Shown piece after piece: positions 1 to 12,365 of a stretch of 64,000 bases of DNA. How positions within the stretch are numbered: position 1 is the first letter of the stretch; each line of letters opens with the position of its first letter. The stretch is from Octopus sinensis (Eukaryota), in assembly GCF_006345805.1 (NCBI RefSeq), contig NC_043011.1:14210464-14274463 (forward strand), written 5' to 3'. The notes beneath the pieces were generated by a model, which was not told the DNA's origin, searched no databases, and was given only the letters and a program-made list of their open reading frames with translations. The position numbers and the translations under genes are program-made.

Positions 1-394
1 TCCTTTCTCATCACTTCCCTCCACAATTAGAGATCGGCACTTCTTGACGCAGCTGTCTTCAAGGTATCATATTAAGCAGCATGGGGTAGGTTGAAGGAAG
101 TGGTGCATTGGGTGGATGTAGATATAAAGGGAAATATTAGCAATCAATCAGTGCTTTCAGCACCAAACTTATACTTTTTGAAACAACACTAAACAAATAA
201 CACAAAGTAGTAAGGAATTCTAAGGTGAGTTAAACAGCATCCCCACCCCACCACACTCCTCATGCAAGTATTTTGGCCCTTAACTCCTTACACTAAGGGA
301 GTAAAGCTGCATCCCAAACATATTTCTTGGAGATCCCTCAGCTGCTATACTCTATGCTAGTGTCTGCACTGCAATACCCCTAGTTAGTTAAGGT

Positions 395-590
395 GCCCCA
401 GAGCCAAGGTACCTGGGGTATTGTAATCAGTTCAGCCTGAAATACTAGATGACTATAGGATGTCTGTATCCCCTCCAGGGATACAGGCATCCAGCAACAG
501 GACCTCCGTAATGCTATGATAGACCGTGAAGTCTGACGTAGCATAGTAAATTCCATTGTCTCGACCACAGTCGAACAATGGTGATGATAG
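395..590 (+). mobile_element. RTE-clade LINE 3' end remnant
   Basis: Reads SRDTGIQQQDLRNAMIDREV*RSIVNSIVSTTVEQW*, the typical RTE ORF2 C-terminus, followed by a TGA-repeat tail. Confidence 0.7.
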
Positions 591-979
591 GGTAAATTAT
601 ACTTTCTGAAATTCAACAAGGTAATTTTAATTAAAAAAAAAAACAACCCAGTTAATCTATTTCCTTACCAGTGTGTATATCTTTCAATGATATACATCAC
701 AAAGAAGGAAAAGGTCTATTTTACATGTAGTTTCTTACGGTTTTACCATTTACTATTTTATATTTATTTCTCGGCAGTGAAATTCTCAGCTGAATTATTG
801 TAAATGCCACCATTTTAATGTTAGCAATGCAGGAGCCTCTACATCAGTAATTTTCAACCAGGGTCCATATGGACCTTTAAAGTTTCTATAAATTTTTCTT
901 AAAATTTGTGTGTTGTAAACTGGTTATATTTCTACAATGCACAAACTATTTAAGCAATTTTTCACACAATTCCTAATAT

Positions 980-1378
980 TTACTCTTTTGTGGCCATGCT
1001 GGAGCACCACCTTTAGTTGACCAAATCGACCCCAGGACTTATTCTTTGCAAGCCTAGTACTTGTTCTATCGGTCTTTTTTTGCCAAACCCCTAAGTTAAA
1101 CACACCAGCATCAGTTGTCAAGCGATGGTAGGGGGACATACACAGATATACACACATACATATACACACACATACATATATATATACACACACACACACA
1201 CATATATATATACGACGGGCTTCTTTCAGTTTCCGTCAACCAAGTCCACTCACAAGGCTTTGGTCAGCCAGAGGCTATAGTAGAAGACACTTGCCCAAGG
1301 TGCCACGCAGTGGGACTGAACCGGGAACCATGTGGTTCATTAGCAAGTTACTTACCACACAGCCACTCCTACGCCTAT
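980..1378 (-). mobile_element. SINE family A (tRNA-related head, internal TA/CA microsatellite)
   Basis: Head AGGCGTAGGAGTGGCTGTGTGGT..GGTTCAGTCCC with A/B-box-like motifs; near-identical to >20 other copies in the window. Confidence 0.85.
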
Positions 1379-2212
1379 AATCATAAATATAAGTTTTTAG
1401 ACACCGAGTGGCTATTTTACTCAACCTTGAGTAAAATAGGAATCAAAAGGGTCCAGTGGCAAAAAATGATTGGGAACGTCTACTCTACGTAATCAGTCAA
1501 CTTGCTAGAAATAACAAGATATTTCAACTCATATCACCATCTACCACCAATCAGACAAGTATGGTCATGGTTGGAATGCCTTTGATCATGGGATCATTTG
1601 ATCATGACTCTAAACTGGGGCAAAACGACAACCAACAAAGAAACCTCTATATGGTCACTCAATGTTTTAGAAACATCAGCTAACTCTACCTTAAATCACA
1701 CATTACTCTCTTAAAAGGACATCTATAAAGACATTTCATAAATGCTGTAAGAGGGGGGAAAAGAAAACAGATGAGCATGAATGGAATATTTTTGATCACT
1801 GCTCTGCCCAACTGGTATTAACTTGTAGCTACACATCAACAAGTTGGATTCTGGCAACAGGCCGACAACGAGCTGTCAAACAAGGCATTTTACTTACTCA
1901 TACCAAGGTCATCCAAACTAGATATTAAGCTTTAGTTCATCTCAAGAGTTGACCAACTAATACTACAAGTCAGGCAAGTGATGATGTACCGAATGACCTA
2001 CTCAAAAAGATTCTCAATGTACTGGAAGAGAGCAAAAACTTAACAGGGAAATTTCACTTAATTCTGCAATTTTGACAAATATCATTCAGTACATCACCAT
2101 CTACCATACCTTAAGTCATGCTATAGGTTAAGTTGAGTTATTTCCCTTAGCTCACTCTTGTATTTTTGTGGGGTGGGGGAGAAGGAGCAGGAGTAATTTT
2201 TTCATTCTACAC

Positions 2213-2650
2213 CCTCATCATCATCATCATCGTTTAGCGTCCGCTTTCCATGCTAGCATGGGTTGGACAGTTCAACAGGGGTCTGGGAAGCCAGAAGGCT
2301 GCACCAGGCCCAGTCTGATCTGGCAATGTTTCTACGGCTGGATGCCCTTCCTAACACCAACCACTCCGTGAATGTAGTGGTTGCTTTTTACGTGCCACCG
2401 GCATAGGTGCCAGACAAGGCTGGCAAATGGCCACGATCGGATGGTGCTTTTTACGTGCCACCGGCACCATTTAATGCCTGTTTTTTATGCTGGCATGAGT
2501 TGGATGGTTTGACAGGATCCAACAAGCAGCAGGGTCACATCAAGCTCCAATGTCAGCTTAAGCATGGTTTCTATAGCTGGATGCCCTTCCTAATGCCAAC
2601 CACTTTACAATGTGTACTTAAGTGCTTTTCTCATGCCACCTGCACTAGTG
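2213..2650 (-). mobile_element. Family D (GAT)n-tailed RTE-type 3' end, with partial second copy
   Basis: (CAT)n followed by CGTTTAGCGTCCGCTTTCCATGCTAGC..GGATGCCCTTCCTAAC; recurs in the window. Confidence 0.75.
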
Positions 2651-3119
2651 GGGTTACCAAGAAGAAAATTGTCAATTGTCATAAATTCAACAAGTAAACT
2701 TTTTTATTTTTACGTTTTTTTTGGCATGCTATGTTAAAAGATAAGTCATAAGGAAGTTGAAGACACAATTTATATTGAATTAGAGAAAAAAACATTTAGA
2801 GATTTCTACTAAATAATTAGAAATATTAAATTTCTAAATATCTCAGAGAGATATGAGCAGTGGTGGAGCGATAGAGTGGTTGTATACTGTCAACTTAACG
2901 TGACAGTCCCGTAAAGGGAATTACACCATTGCTATTTAGCCCTAGGAAGCATTGACGCTTCCTGTCAGCCTTGACACATTTCCTGTGTCCTTATATATTT
3001 ACGAAGGAGAGACAAGCACCCCCAACAGCTAGGCCTGCATCTAGATAATGTTTTCTAAATAATGTTTTCTTATCAAGACTTATGCATTGGCCATTTTACA
3101 ATTGTATCACATTTTTGCA

Positions 3120-3313
3120 CGTAAAAAGCAGTGGCACATAAAAAGCACCCACTACACTCTCGGAGTGGTTGGCATTAGGAAGGGCATCCAGCTATAGAAA
3201 CTCTGCCAGATCAAGATTGGAGCCTGGTGCAGCCATCTGGTTCACCAGCCCTCAGTCAAAATTGTCCAACCCATGCTAGCATGGAAAGCAGACATTAAAC
3301 GATGATGATGATT
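3120..3313 (+). mobile_element. Family D copy
   Basis: AAAAGCACCCACTACAC..GGAAGGGCATCCAGC..AACGATGATGATGAT. Confidence 0.8.
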
Positions 3314-3484
3314 TTTTAATGTAAATGAAAGAAACTGCAACAGAGGTATGTGCAGTGAGTATGGTTATGAAGATAGTTGAGATTCTCTATGACACAGCCA
3401 GTCTCAAATCCATGAGTCCAAATATTATCTGATAAAGAACTCAATACTCAAATTAGAGTATTATTATTATTATTATACACATGT

Positions 3485-3716
3485 GCTAAGGCAGCAAGCT
3501 AACAGAAGCATTAGCAGGCCAGGCAAAATGCTTAGTGGTATTTCATCCATCTTTACATTCAGAGTTCAAATTCCACCAAGATCGGCTTTACCTTTCATCC
3601 TCTTGAGGAGGGAGTCAATAAAATAAGTATCAGTCAAGTACTGGGGTTGATATAATTGACTGGCACACCCCTTCCCTGAAATTTCAAGCCTTGTGCTTAT
3701 AGTAGAAAGGATTATT
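3485..3716 (+). mobile_element. SINE family B, decayed, (ATT)n-type tail
   Basis: Degenerate head plus CCTTTCATCC central domain and GTAGAAAGGATTATT tail. Confidence 0.7.
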
Positions 3717-4027
3717 ACACAAATGCACGTATATTATTATATATATATATATATCCATTTAAGTATACTACACACGCACACACACACGTGAGCCTTAGGT
3801 GCAAAACAAAATGAAGAAAATAGTATTTGAATACTAAAGGTAGAGTAAAATAATGCTTCTCAGCTTCAAAACACACACACATAAAGACAGACAGACTGAC
3901 AAACAGACAGATATATACATATATAAAATTAATCCAAACATGAAAACACAAAGAGAAAACACAACAACGTGAGGACGTGGAACAAACATAGTATTATTGG
4001 ATGCTCAGGAAGGAAGGGAAGAAGGAG

Positions 4028-4064
4028 GGTTTCACGTTTTGAGCGGAGCTCTTCGTCAGAAACA
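4028..4064 (-). ncRNA. Minimal type I hammerhead ribozyme (mutated: GAAA>AAAA, cleavage triplet GUG)
   Basis: GTTT-CTGACGA-A-GAGC TCC GCTC-AAAAC-GT-G-AAAC. Confidence 0.6.
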
Positions 4065-4148
4065 TAGGAAAAGGAAAGATCCAAGGAAGGGAAGACGGAG
4101 AAAGAAAATCGCCAATGATTCACATGCGGTCATCAGAACAATATATTT

Positions 4149-4199
<51 letters not shown>

Positions 4200-4283
4200 A
4201 TCCAAACATGAAAACACAACAACGCGAGGACATGGAACAAGTATGTGTTATTGGACGCTCAGGAAAGGAAAGAAAGAAGGAGG

Positions 4284-4318
4284 ATTTAACGTTTCGAGCG
4301 GAGCTCTTTGTCAGAAAC
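4284..4318 (-). ncRNA. Minimal type I hammerhead ribozyme (mutated: CUGACGA>CUGACAA)
   Basis: GTTT-CTGACAA-A-GAGC TCC GCTC-GAAAC-GT-T-AAAT. Confidence 0.6.
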
Positions 4319-4697
4319 ATAGAAAAAAGAAAGGAAGACGGAGGAAAAAAATTGCCAACGGTACACACGCGGTCATATATTACAGATGCAAGTTTGACTG
4401 TCTGGTTAAAAACTTATTTCCCAACCATGTTGTTACAGGCAAGTATCTTCTACTATATCCCAGAGCTAACGAAAGCCTTGTGAGTGGATTTGGTAGACAG
4501 AAACTGAAAAAAACCTGTTGTTCACTTACTTATGTGCGCGCACGCATGTGTGTGTGTGTGTGTGAGTGCATGTACACCCTTGGTTGTAGTAGTAAAGGTA
4601 GTAAACAAGCATCACTATCATGCAAGCAATGTTGTTTGTTTCCAGTCGTTCATGAAAAATATGTCTGCAAGCATGGTAATCTAGGTATGAAATGATA

Positions 4698-4751
<54 letters not shown>

Positions 4752-4799
4752 CTTACATTGGTTTTGGCCATTATTGGCCCAGGCCATGAATAACTCAAT

Positions 4800-5250
4800 A
4801 GCACCACCTGGAAAAATCTTTTGGTTAATTATTTTGGGACACCATGGACCACCCAAGCAGAGAGTTGTTGTTGACTGAGACGTATCCAAGTGTAGTGGTT
4901 TATCCGGTATTTCCTGGAGGGATTTGTCCAGATACCATTTGAAAGTTTATGGGGTCCTTTTCTACTTTAATTTCTTTCAGGATAACATTGAAAAGAGCAG
5001 CACCATTTGCAGTGAAGAAATTATCATTTGGATAATATTGGTGGAATATTTTCCGCAAGGTGCAATAACGTATTGCTCACGGCAGTGTTGCAGAAAAGTT
5101 GCCGTCAACAGTTACACCTAAGTCTCTGATATCCAACGGTTTGAGTAAGTCTCCTGACAATAGTGTATATGGTTGTTTGAGTGTGCCCTCTTCACCAAAG
5201 TGGATGAGCTCAAACTTCTCTTCATTCAGCTGCATATTTTTTTTTGTTAC
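4800..5250 (-). mobile_element. CR1-group LINE ORF2 3' remnant
   Basis: NMQLNEEKFELIHFG..IRDLGVTVD, then (frameshifted) AALFNVI..FKWYLDKSLQEIPDKP..NNNSLLGW. Confidence 0.75.
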
Positions 5251-5281
5251 TGTATTCATATATATATTTCTTTCTTTGTGC

Positions 5282-5581
5282 CCTTTTCAAGCCTAGCCAG
5301 CCTCATGGGCCTGGTTTCCTGGTTTCTGTGGCATATGTGTTCCCCCCCAGCTGGACAGGACGCCAGTCCATCGCAGCGTTACTCAAGAAACAGGAAGAGA
5401 GAGTGAGAGAAAGTTGTGGCGAAAGAGTGCAACAGGGGTCGCCACCACCCCCTGCCGGAGCCTCGTGGAGCTTTTATATGTTTTCGCTCAATGAACACAC
5501 ACAACGCCCGGTCTGGGAATCGAAACTGCGATCCTCTGACTGCGAGTCCGCTGCCCTAACCACTGGGCCATTGCACCTCCT
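5282..5581 (-). mobile_element. SINE family C (tRNA-Arg-like head)
   Basis: Head GGAGGTGCAATGGCCCAGTGGTTAGGGCAGCGGACTCGCAGTC..TTCGATTCCC; homologous to 48.5-50.5 kb copies. Confidence 0.8.
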
Positions 5582-5974
5582 CCAATATATATATATATAT
5601 ATAATCTATACACGTGTGTCTTTGTTTCTGTTTTCACATCATGCACTGATTGTTAGTTAACAAAGCTCACCACTCTACAATCTTCCATGAAACATTTGTG
5701 TTCAAAGGGCTAGAGGTAATATTCCCTTGCATGGAAACAGGTGAAAATTAGCATCAGGAAAACCATCTGACTATAGACAACAAATTTGGTCAGACCCAAG
5801 TAAGCACGGAAAATAAGATGTGAGGAGGAGGAGAGATATAAGTACATGCCTACACAGACACAAATATATATACAATGGCTACTTTCTTATTGACACTACA
5901 GAAAAGGAAGAAACAGAGAAAAAGACTGTATAGGGTGTGTAGCATAAATATTAAGTGGAATAGTAATATATATT

Positions 5975-6160
5975 TCTCTATTGCCCACAAGGGGCTAAAC
6001 ATAGAGGGGACAAACAAAGACAGACAAACGGATTAAGTCGATTACATCGACCTCAGTGCGTAACTGGTACTTTATTTATCGACCCCGAAAGGATGAAAGG
6101 CAAAGTCGACCTCGGCGGAATTTGAACTCAGAACGTAACGGCAGGTGAAATGCTAGCGTA
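5975..6160 (-). mobile_element. SINE family B
   Basis: Contains CTTTGCCTTTCATCCTTTCGGGGTCGATAAA..GTACCAG domain and CCCCTTGTGGG tail. Confidence 0.85.
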
Positions 6161-6443
6161 TTGAGTGGCCACTTGCTAGCTGTGTGTGTATGTGTGTGGT
6201 CTACACATATTTCTCTCATTGTCTGTGTACCTGCATCTCATCTCTGTCTACCCATATATTTCCTATTTCACCAATTGTCTTATAATTCTTGTCTAAACAG
6301 CTGTCTATCCCAACTTTCTGTTTCATTAACTGTCTAACCTCCAGCACCTCTGTATATCTCTATAATAGCATTACTTATGTTAGCAAACAGAGACAGCAAT
6401 TCAGTTCAAATGTATGCTGTTCATGACAGAGAAGACACTAGAC

Positions 6444-6854
6444 AGATCTTTTCGGTTTGAACGGCAGTTTTTTCTAGCGGTGTCATATGAAATTGTCACC
6501 CATAATTAGGACCCTAGTATCGATCTATTGCATTTCAATCTATTTTAGGGTTAGGGATGGGGGAAGGGTATCTTTTTTTTCTTCACAAATGTAAATAAAC
6601 CCAATCTGTTTCTTAAACGAGGGACATATTCATTCGGCACAGAATGTTTTCACCTCAATAGACGTCACTGATTTGTTGAAATTGCAGAAATTGAAGAAAA
6701 AAAACAACAAATACCTTACAAATTATAGAATTTTCTCAATAAAGCCAAGAGAAAAAGATGTTTTATAAACACATTCTACCAGTATACGAAGTTTAAAAGT
6801 GTTTAGTTATGTGGAAATTATTTTAAAAAACTGCCGTTCAAACTGAAAAGATCC
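6444..6854 (+). mobile_element. TTAGGG-containing MITE copy 1
   Basis: TIR (G/A)GATCTTTTCGGTTTGAACGGCAG; TSD CACTAGAC on both sides. Confidence 0.9.
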
Positions 6855-7551
6855 CACTAGACTGTTAATGTGACAGATGCAAGTAGACAGTTAATGAGAC
6901 AAGAGTAGGTGACAGCTAATGAGATGAGAAAGACAGAGATATGTAAACAGTTAAATGAGAAATGGTAGGGCAGTTAACAAGACAGACAACAGAGTCAAGA
7001 AATAGAGGTAGATAATGAAATAGGAGATATAGGTAGATATTTAATTGAGAAAAGAGAAAGAAGTAGGTTGTTGATGAGAGGGGGGATAAAAGTAGATAGT
7101 TAATGAAAGATGAGACAGGTAGATTTTTAATAAGAAAGATCTAGAGGTACACAATTAACAAGGTAGATGATAGTAGATATAATGAGACTGGAAGCAGAGG
7201 TAGAAAGGTAAAGAGACAAAAGACACAGGTAGGTAGTTAACGAGAGGAGAAAGAGATAGATGGTCAATGACAGACAAGAATAGGTAAATTGTTAATGAGT
7301 AAGATTTAGAGGTATACAATTAAGAAGACAGAAAACAGAAGTAGACAGGAAGTGGAGATAGGCAGTTAATGAGACAGAAAAGAGACAGGAATACTTAGGA
7401 GGTAATGAGACAAGAGACAGGGAGATATTTAATGAGAAAAAGCAGACAGTTAATGAGAGAAGAGACAGAGGTAGACAGCTAATGAGACCAAAGGAGACAG
7501 AGGCAGAATTAATTAGTGAGCAAGAAACAGAGATAGAAAGTTAATGAAACA

Positions 7552-7960
7552 TTACTCTTTACTCTCTTTTACTTGTTTCAGTCATTTGACTGTGGCCATG
7601 CTGGAGCACTACCTTTAGTCAAGCAAATCAACCCAGGACTTATTCTCTGTAAGCCTAGTACTTATTCTATCGGTCTCTTTTGCCGAACCGCTAAGTGACG
7701 GGGACGTAAACACACCAGCATCGGTTGTCAAGCTATGTTGGGAGGACAAACACAGACAAACACACACATATATACATACACATACATACATATATACGAC
7801 GGGCTTCCTTCAGTTTCCATCTACCAAATCCACTCACAAGGCTTTGGTTGGCCCGAGGCTATAGTAGAAGACACTTGCCCAAGGTGCCACGCAGTGGGAC
7901 TGAACCCTGAACCATGCGGTTGGTAAGCAAGTTACTTACTACAAAGCCACCCCTACGCCT
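7552..7960 (-). mobile_element. SINE family A
   Basis: Full-length copy with (TTACTCTT) tail. Confidence 0.85.
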
Positions 7961-8269
7961 ATACAGAGGAAGTCAGCTAATGATACAAAATTAGAGATAG
8001 ACAGTTAATAAAACAGGGGTAGACAGCTAAAGAAACAGACAATAGCTCTCTTTCAATAAAAAAAGGGAGAGGCAGTATTTTTAGCTGTGATAGTAGAAGA
8101 TGGACTAACAAAATTTAGTGATAAGAATGTCAAAACTAAGAATTAGGAAAAGATGAGCAAGAAGTGTCTGATGCATTCTTTGTTGTTGAACAAGATCAAC
8201 TCTGTTGGAAACCTATAATAAAAACTATTCAACCATGACCAACTACCCTCATATGCAGACAGGCTCTAA

Positions 8270-8429
8270 ATTAAAATCTTTCACCAAACTTTTTCATGAT
8301 TTTATGCTTCAAACACCAAATTAATAACAATAAAGTTTATTTTACTAAAGTCTTCATTATTTTCGAAATTAATTTAAACAAAAGCAGAGCATTTTAATAG
8401 AAATATGGTAACTGATAACAAAGGGTTAA
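8270..8429. mobile_element. piggyBac-like MITE fragment
   Basis: Ends AAAGGG|TTAA; interior resembles 19397-19615. Confidence 0.45.
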
Positions 8430-10595
8430 AATGGTAGGGTATGATTCAATTATTTTGATTATTATTTCTAGAAAAGTAAGAGAACCACATACAGGCCACC
8501 TTATTAAATTATTTAAGTCTTGATAGAATAGACAGATCTACGATTAAAGGCATTCCAGCCTTGACTGTGAAGTCTTTTACTATGAAGAGTGATTTGAGGG
8601 TGAATTTGGTTGCTATTTCTAGAAATCAAATGACCACCCCAACATATATTTATTTACATCAACGTTATCTCCTTGATTCAAATAGAAGAAAATCATAGAT
8701 AACAGGGAACACATTTTTTATATAATTTTATGTAAGTCTAATGAGTCTTCATTACCTCCAAGAATTTCATTTTTACCCCACTTGGGGTAACTTACCTCGG
8801 TTTGCCAAACCCCTAACAAAGAGCTTCCTTAGATGGTGTTGCTGTTCATGAATTAGACCATAAAGTAAAGGATTCAAGCCATGGCCATTACATCTTTTTA
8901 AATGTATATCAGGAACTGATAATCCAATTTACTCTTTAAGATGGTGGTGGTGGTGGTGGTGATGGTGTGTGGGGGGAGGGGGTAGAGATGAAGTTTCCAT
9001 GGAGTGGGGTGTGCACAATGGGGTTAACAAGTAGTAACAAATCAGGGCCAATATATTAATAAAATACATAACTGTATAAGGGGTCTGTATATAAAAGAAG
9101 GAAAAAAAAAGGGGGAACTGATAAAAAAAAAGACAGTGTGGAGGATGGGGATATAAATAGTTCCCAAGGGTGTATGTCACAGGCAGAGTTCAGCTTCAAA
9201 ACATCACTATTGTATTCTATGAACCACATCTAGCTTTAATTCTCTGTCAAGTGAGATATTATCCCTGGGGCTAAGAGAAAGCCTCAAGGGATTTCAACAT
9301 AATCTTTTCATCACAGAAATGGAGGATTTTTTTTGTGTCTTCAGCACATTCCACACACTACGCTTAGTGTTCTCCATCTATAATTACAGGACCGAGTGTG
9401 AAGGAGTGTGGAGGTTGTATGTTTAAGGAAAAGAGGGGGAAATGATGTGTATGCCTGTGTATGTAAAATAAACACACCATGTTTTTGTAAGAACCTATAC
9501 AAAGCAATGTATGTAAATAAGAAAGAGTGTTGACTTTAAAGACAAGATCCACTCCTATCTTTAGTTTCCAAAAATTTCAATTAGTTGCCATTTATTGCTG
9601 TTATCTCTCTTGCTTTTTGTACCTTTAGGGTCTAAACCCTCTGGGGGGAGATTTTGTCTACTAAATCTATGGATAATTGCAGTAAATCAAAGTCTTTTAT
9701 CTGACAGTATTACAGATGTGAGACTTTACAGTGTGTGTGTCTAGTATGTAGAATTTTCCCTTAGGTATTTCCTTCAGTCTGTGTTGATAGGAAGATGAAG
9801 ATGAGAACATGTGGAGGATGGCAGATAAAAATTATAAAAAAAAAACAGAAAGATATGGTTATTAAATGAGATTGTATGTAGGAGAGAGAGTTGTGTGTGT
9901 GTGTCTGTGTGAATGAAGTAGAAATGGATGAATAAAGGTATTGTATTGTGTGAAGGGTAGGGTGTATATGAGTGGGATAATGAGGAACAAAATGTGTATG
10001 GCTATGTCCACATGTGAGAGACACAAAGTGATATATATATAAGTATATATGTACACAGACACAAGTGTGTGTGTGTGTGTGTGTGTGCATGACATAACAG
10101 GTAATGGAGAGAGATTGTGTGTGGGTGTGTGAAGTATAGGAAGTGCATATATCCGTGATAGAAAATGCAACACAAAAAGACTGTGGAAGAGTGCGTGTGT
10201 ATGTATGTGAAAAAAGATGTTTTATATGTGATACAGTAAGATTGAGTGTGTGGGGGGATGAGAGAGAAAAGGGTGGGTCTGTCAGTGATAAACTATGTAA
10301 GATAAAAAGATGGTGTAGGTGTGTGTTCAAGAGGGAGGGAGAGAATGTGTGTGTATGTGTGTGACTGTAACTTCCTTGGTATAAAACTGAGCTTCCTAAA
10401 ATTAAGGTTGACTTCTGCTTACGTAATACTGTGTAATACCATCAGAGCTATTGTGGTTTAGCTCCAGGTCAGCCCTGACCAAAAAAACCAATGACCAAAG
10501 GCATTTAAACTATATAATTAGGGGTATCCAAGACTACATTATCCAATGTATCCTTACCTTTTCGAAAATAAGGTATGATTTGTGAGACATTTGAT

Positions 10596-11014
10596 GGATC
10601 TTTTCGGTTTGAACGGCAGTTTTTTCTAACGGTGTCATATGAAATTGTCACCCATAATTATGACCCTAGAATCGATCTATTGCATTTCAATCTCTTTTAG
10701 GGTTAGGGTTAGCGGTGGGGGAAGGATATCTTTTTTCTTCACAAAAGTAAATAAACCCAATCTGTTTCTTAAACGAGGGACATATTCATACGGCACAGAA
10801 TGTGTTTTTTTTTACCTCAATTGACATCATTGATTGGTTGAAATTGCAGAAATTGAAGAAAAAACAACAAATATCTTACAAACTATAGAATTTTCTCAAT
10901 AAAGCCAAGAGAAAAAGATATTTTATAAACACATTCTACCAGTATACGAAGTTTAAAATTTTTTAGTTACCTAGAAATTATGTTAAAAAACTACCGTTCA
11001 AACCGAAAAGATCC
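10596..11014 (+). mobile_element. MITE copy 2
   Basis: 30 bp TIRs; TSD CATTTGAT/TATTTGAT. Confidence 0.9.
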
Positions 11015-11282
11015 TATTTGATTGCTACTTCTAGGAGGTCATGTGACCACATAGAGGTTTATTTGTACAATACTGCAATTGGGGTAGGTGGGTGTATGCA
11101 TGTATATGAGTAGATATATGTATGTGTATAGATGGAATTGAGAAGAATACTCTGTTGAAGTTAGTACACCGCCAGCCCTTTTGTTACCATTATGTGTCTG
11201 TTGGCATACACTGTCTTTGTTTCAATTAATTTTGAAAATAATGAAGAATTTAGTAAAATAACTGTCGTTATTATGGCAGTAT

Positions 11283-11428
11283 TTTGTCGTTCTGAGTTCA
11301 AATTCCGCCGAGGTCAACTTTGCCTTTCATCTTTTTGGGTACTAGTTGCATATTGAGGTCGATGTAATTGATGAGCCCCCACCCCCAACATTTCAGGCCT
11401 TGTGCATTTAGTAGAAAGGATTATTAAG
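11283..11428 (+). mobile_element. SINE family B, 5'-truncated
   Basis: GTTCTGAGTTCAAATTCCGCCGAGG..GTAGAAAGGATTATT. Confidence 0.75.
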
Positions 11429-11765
11429 CTTGTTGTTATAAGGCTATAGTAGAAGACACTTGCCTGAGGTGCCATGCAGTAGGGGTGAACCCAGAACCAT
11501 GTGGTTGGGAAGCAAGCTACTTACAACACAGTCACGATTGTGTCTATAAATATAATATTAAATAAATAAAAAGCTTTAAAATATGTTTCAATGCCGATAC
11601 AAAAAGATATAATCTATGACTGATGAGAAAAAAAAGGTGGATTAGTGTAGTAGGGATCTAATTTGATGGGTGGGTAATGAGGGGCAAGGGCATTAGCAAG
11701 AGGTCATTGAACTGAAGAATGGCAGGGTAGCTTTGTAAGACTTTACATTCACATAAGTGTACATG

Positions 11766-12136
11766 TAGGCGTAGGAGTGGCTGTGTGGTAAGTAGCTTGT
11801 TTACCAACCACATGGTTCCGGGTTCAGTCCCACTGCATGGCACTTTGGGCAAGAGTCTTCTACTATAGCCTCGGGTCGACCAAAATCTTGTTAGTGGATT
11901 TAGTAGACAGAAACTGAAAGAAGCCCATCGTATATATGTAAATATATATATATATCGCTTATGGCCATATCATGTTGAAAGCACTGGTTCTCGTCCGATC
12001 ACCAAAGTTAAGCAACGTCGAGCCTAGTCAGTACTTAGATGGATGACTGCTTGGGAAACCTAGATGCAGTAAGTGTAACACATTGTTTAATGGCGGTGCC
12101 CCAGCATGGCCACAGCTCGTGAGCTGAAACTAGATA

Positions 12137-12169
<33 letters not shown>

Positions 12170-12365
12170 CTGTATGTATGTATGTCTGTGTTTGTCCCCC
12201 TAACATCGCTGGTGTGTTTACATCACCATAACTTAGCGGTTCAGCAAAAGAGACCAATAGAATAAGTACTAGGCTTACAAAGAATAAGTCCTGGGGTCGA
12301 TTTGCTCAACTAAAGGCGATGCTCCAGCATGGCCACAGCCAAATGACTGAAACAAGTAAAAGAGT
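11766..12365 (+). mobile_element. SINE family A hosting a 5S-headed insertion in its microsatellite
   Basis: Intact family A head and tail with an extra 180 bp in the TA/TG tract. Confidence 0.85.
11957..12074 (+). pseudogene. Full-length 5S rRNA-derived sequence (head of a SINE3-like chimera running to ~12135)
   Basis: GCTTATGGCCATATCATGTTGAAAGCACTGGTTCTCGTCCGATCACCAAAGTTAAGCAACGTCG..GTACTTAGATGGATGACTGCTTGGGAAACC..GCAGTAAG matches the invertebrate 5S consensus with mostly transition changes. Confidence 0.85.

Larger units (their letters stand above)
3929..4375 (-). mobile_element. Two tandem Penelope-like terminal repeats separated by (TA)n
   Basis: ~190 bp direct repeats (3929-4130 and 4197-4375), each containing a minimal hammerhead core. 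Confidence 0.7.
6190..8040. repeat. Degenerate ~30 bp minisatellite in two opposed arrays (interrupted by MITE and SINE)
   Basis: GTAGACAGTTAATGAGACAAGAG-like units at 6860-8040; reverse-complement units at 6190-6400. Confidence 0.55.

Noticed and set aside
413-605. Apparent 193 nt minus-strand coding exon with good splice sites
   Set aside because: The + strand is a recognisable RTE ORF2 C-terminus with tail, which explains the sequence.
1898-2021. Exon-like segment with strong acceptor and GTAAGT donor
   Set aside because: Stops in all three frames; at most non-coding, with no other support.
6544-6560. TTAGGG/CCCTAA runs as telomere or chromosome-fusion relic
   Set aside because: Only 1-3 units, and nearly all lie inside the MITE at the same position.
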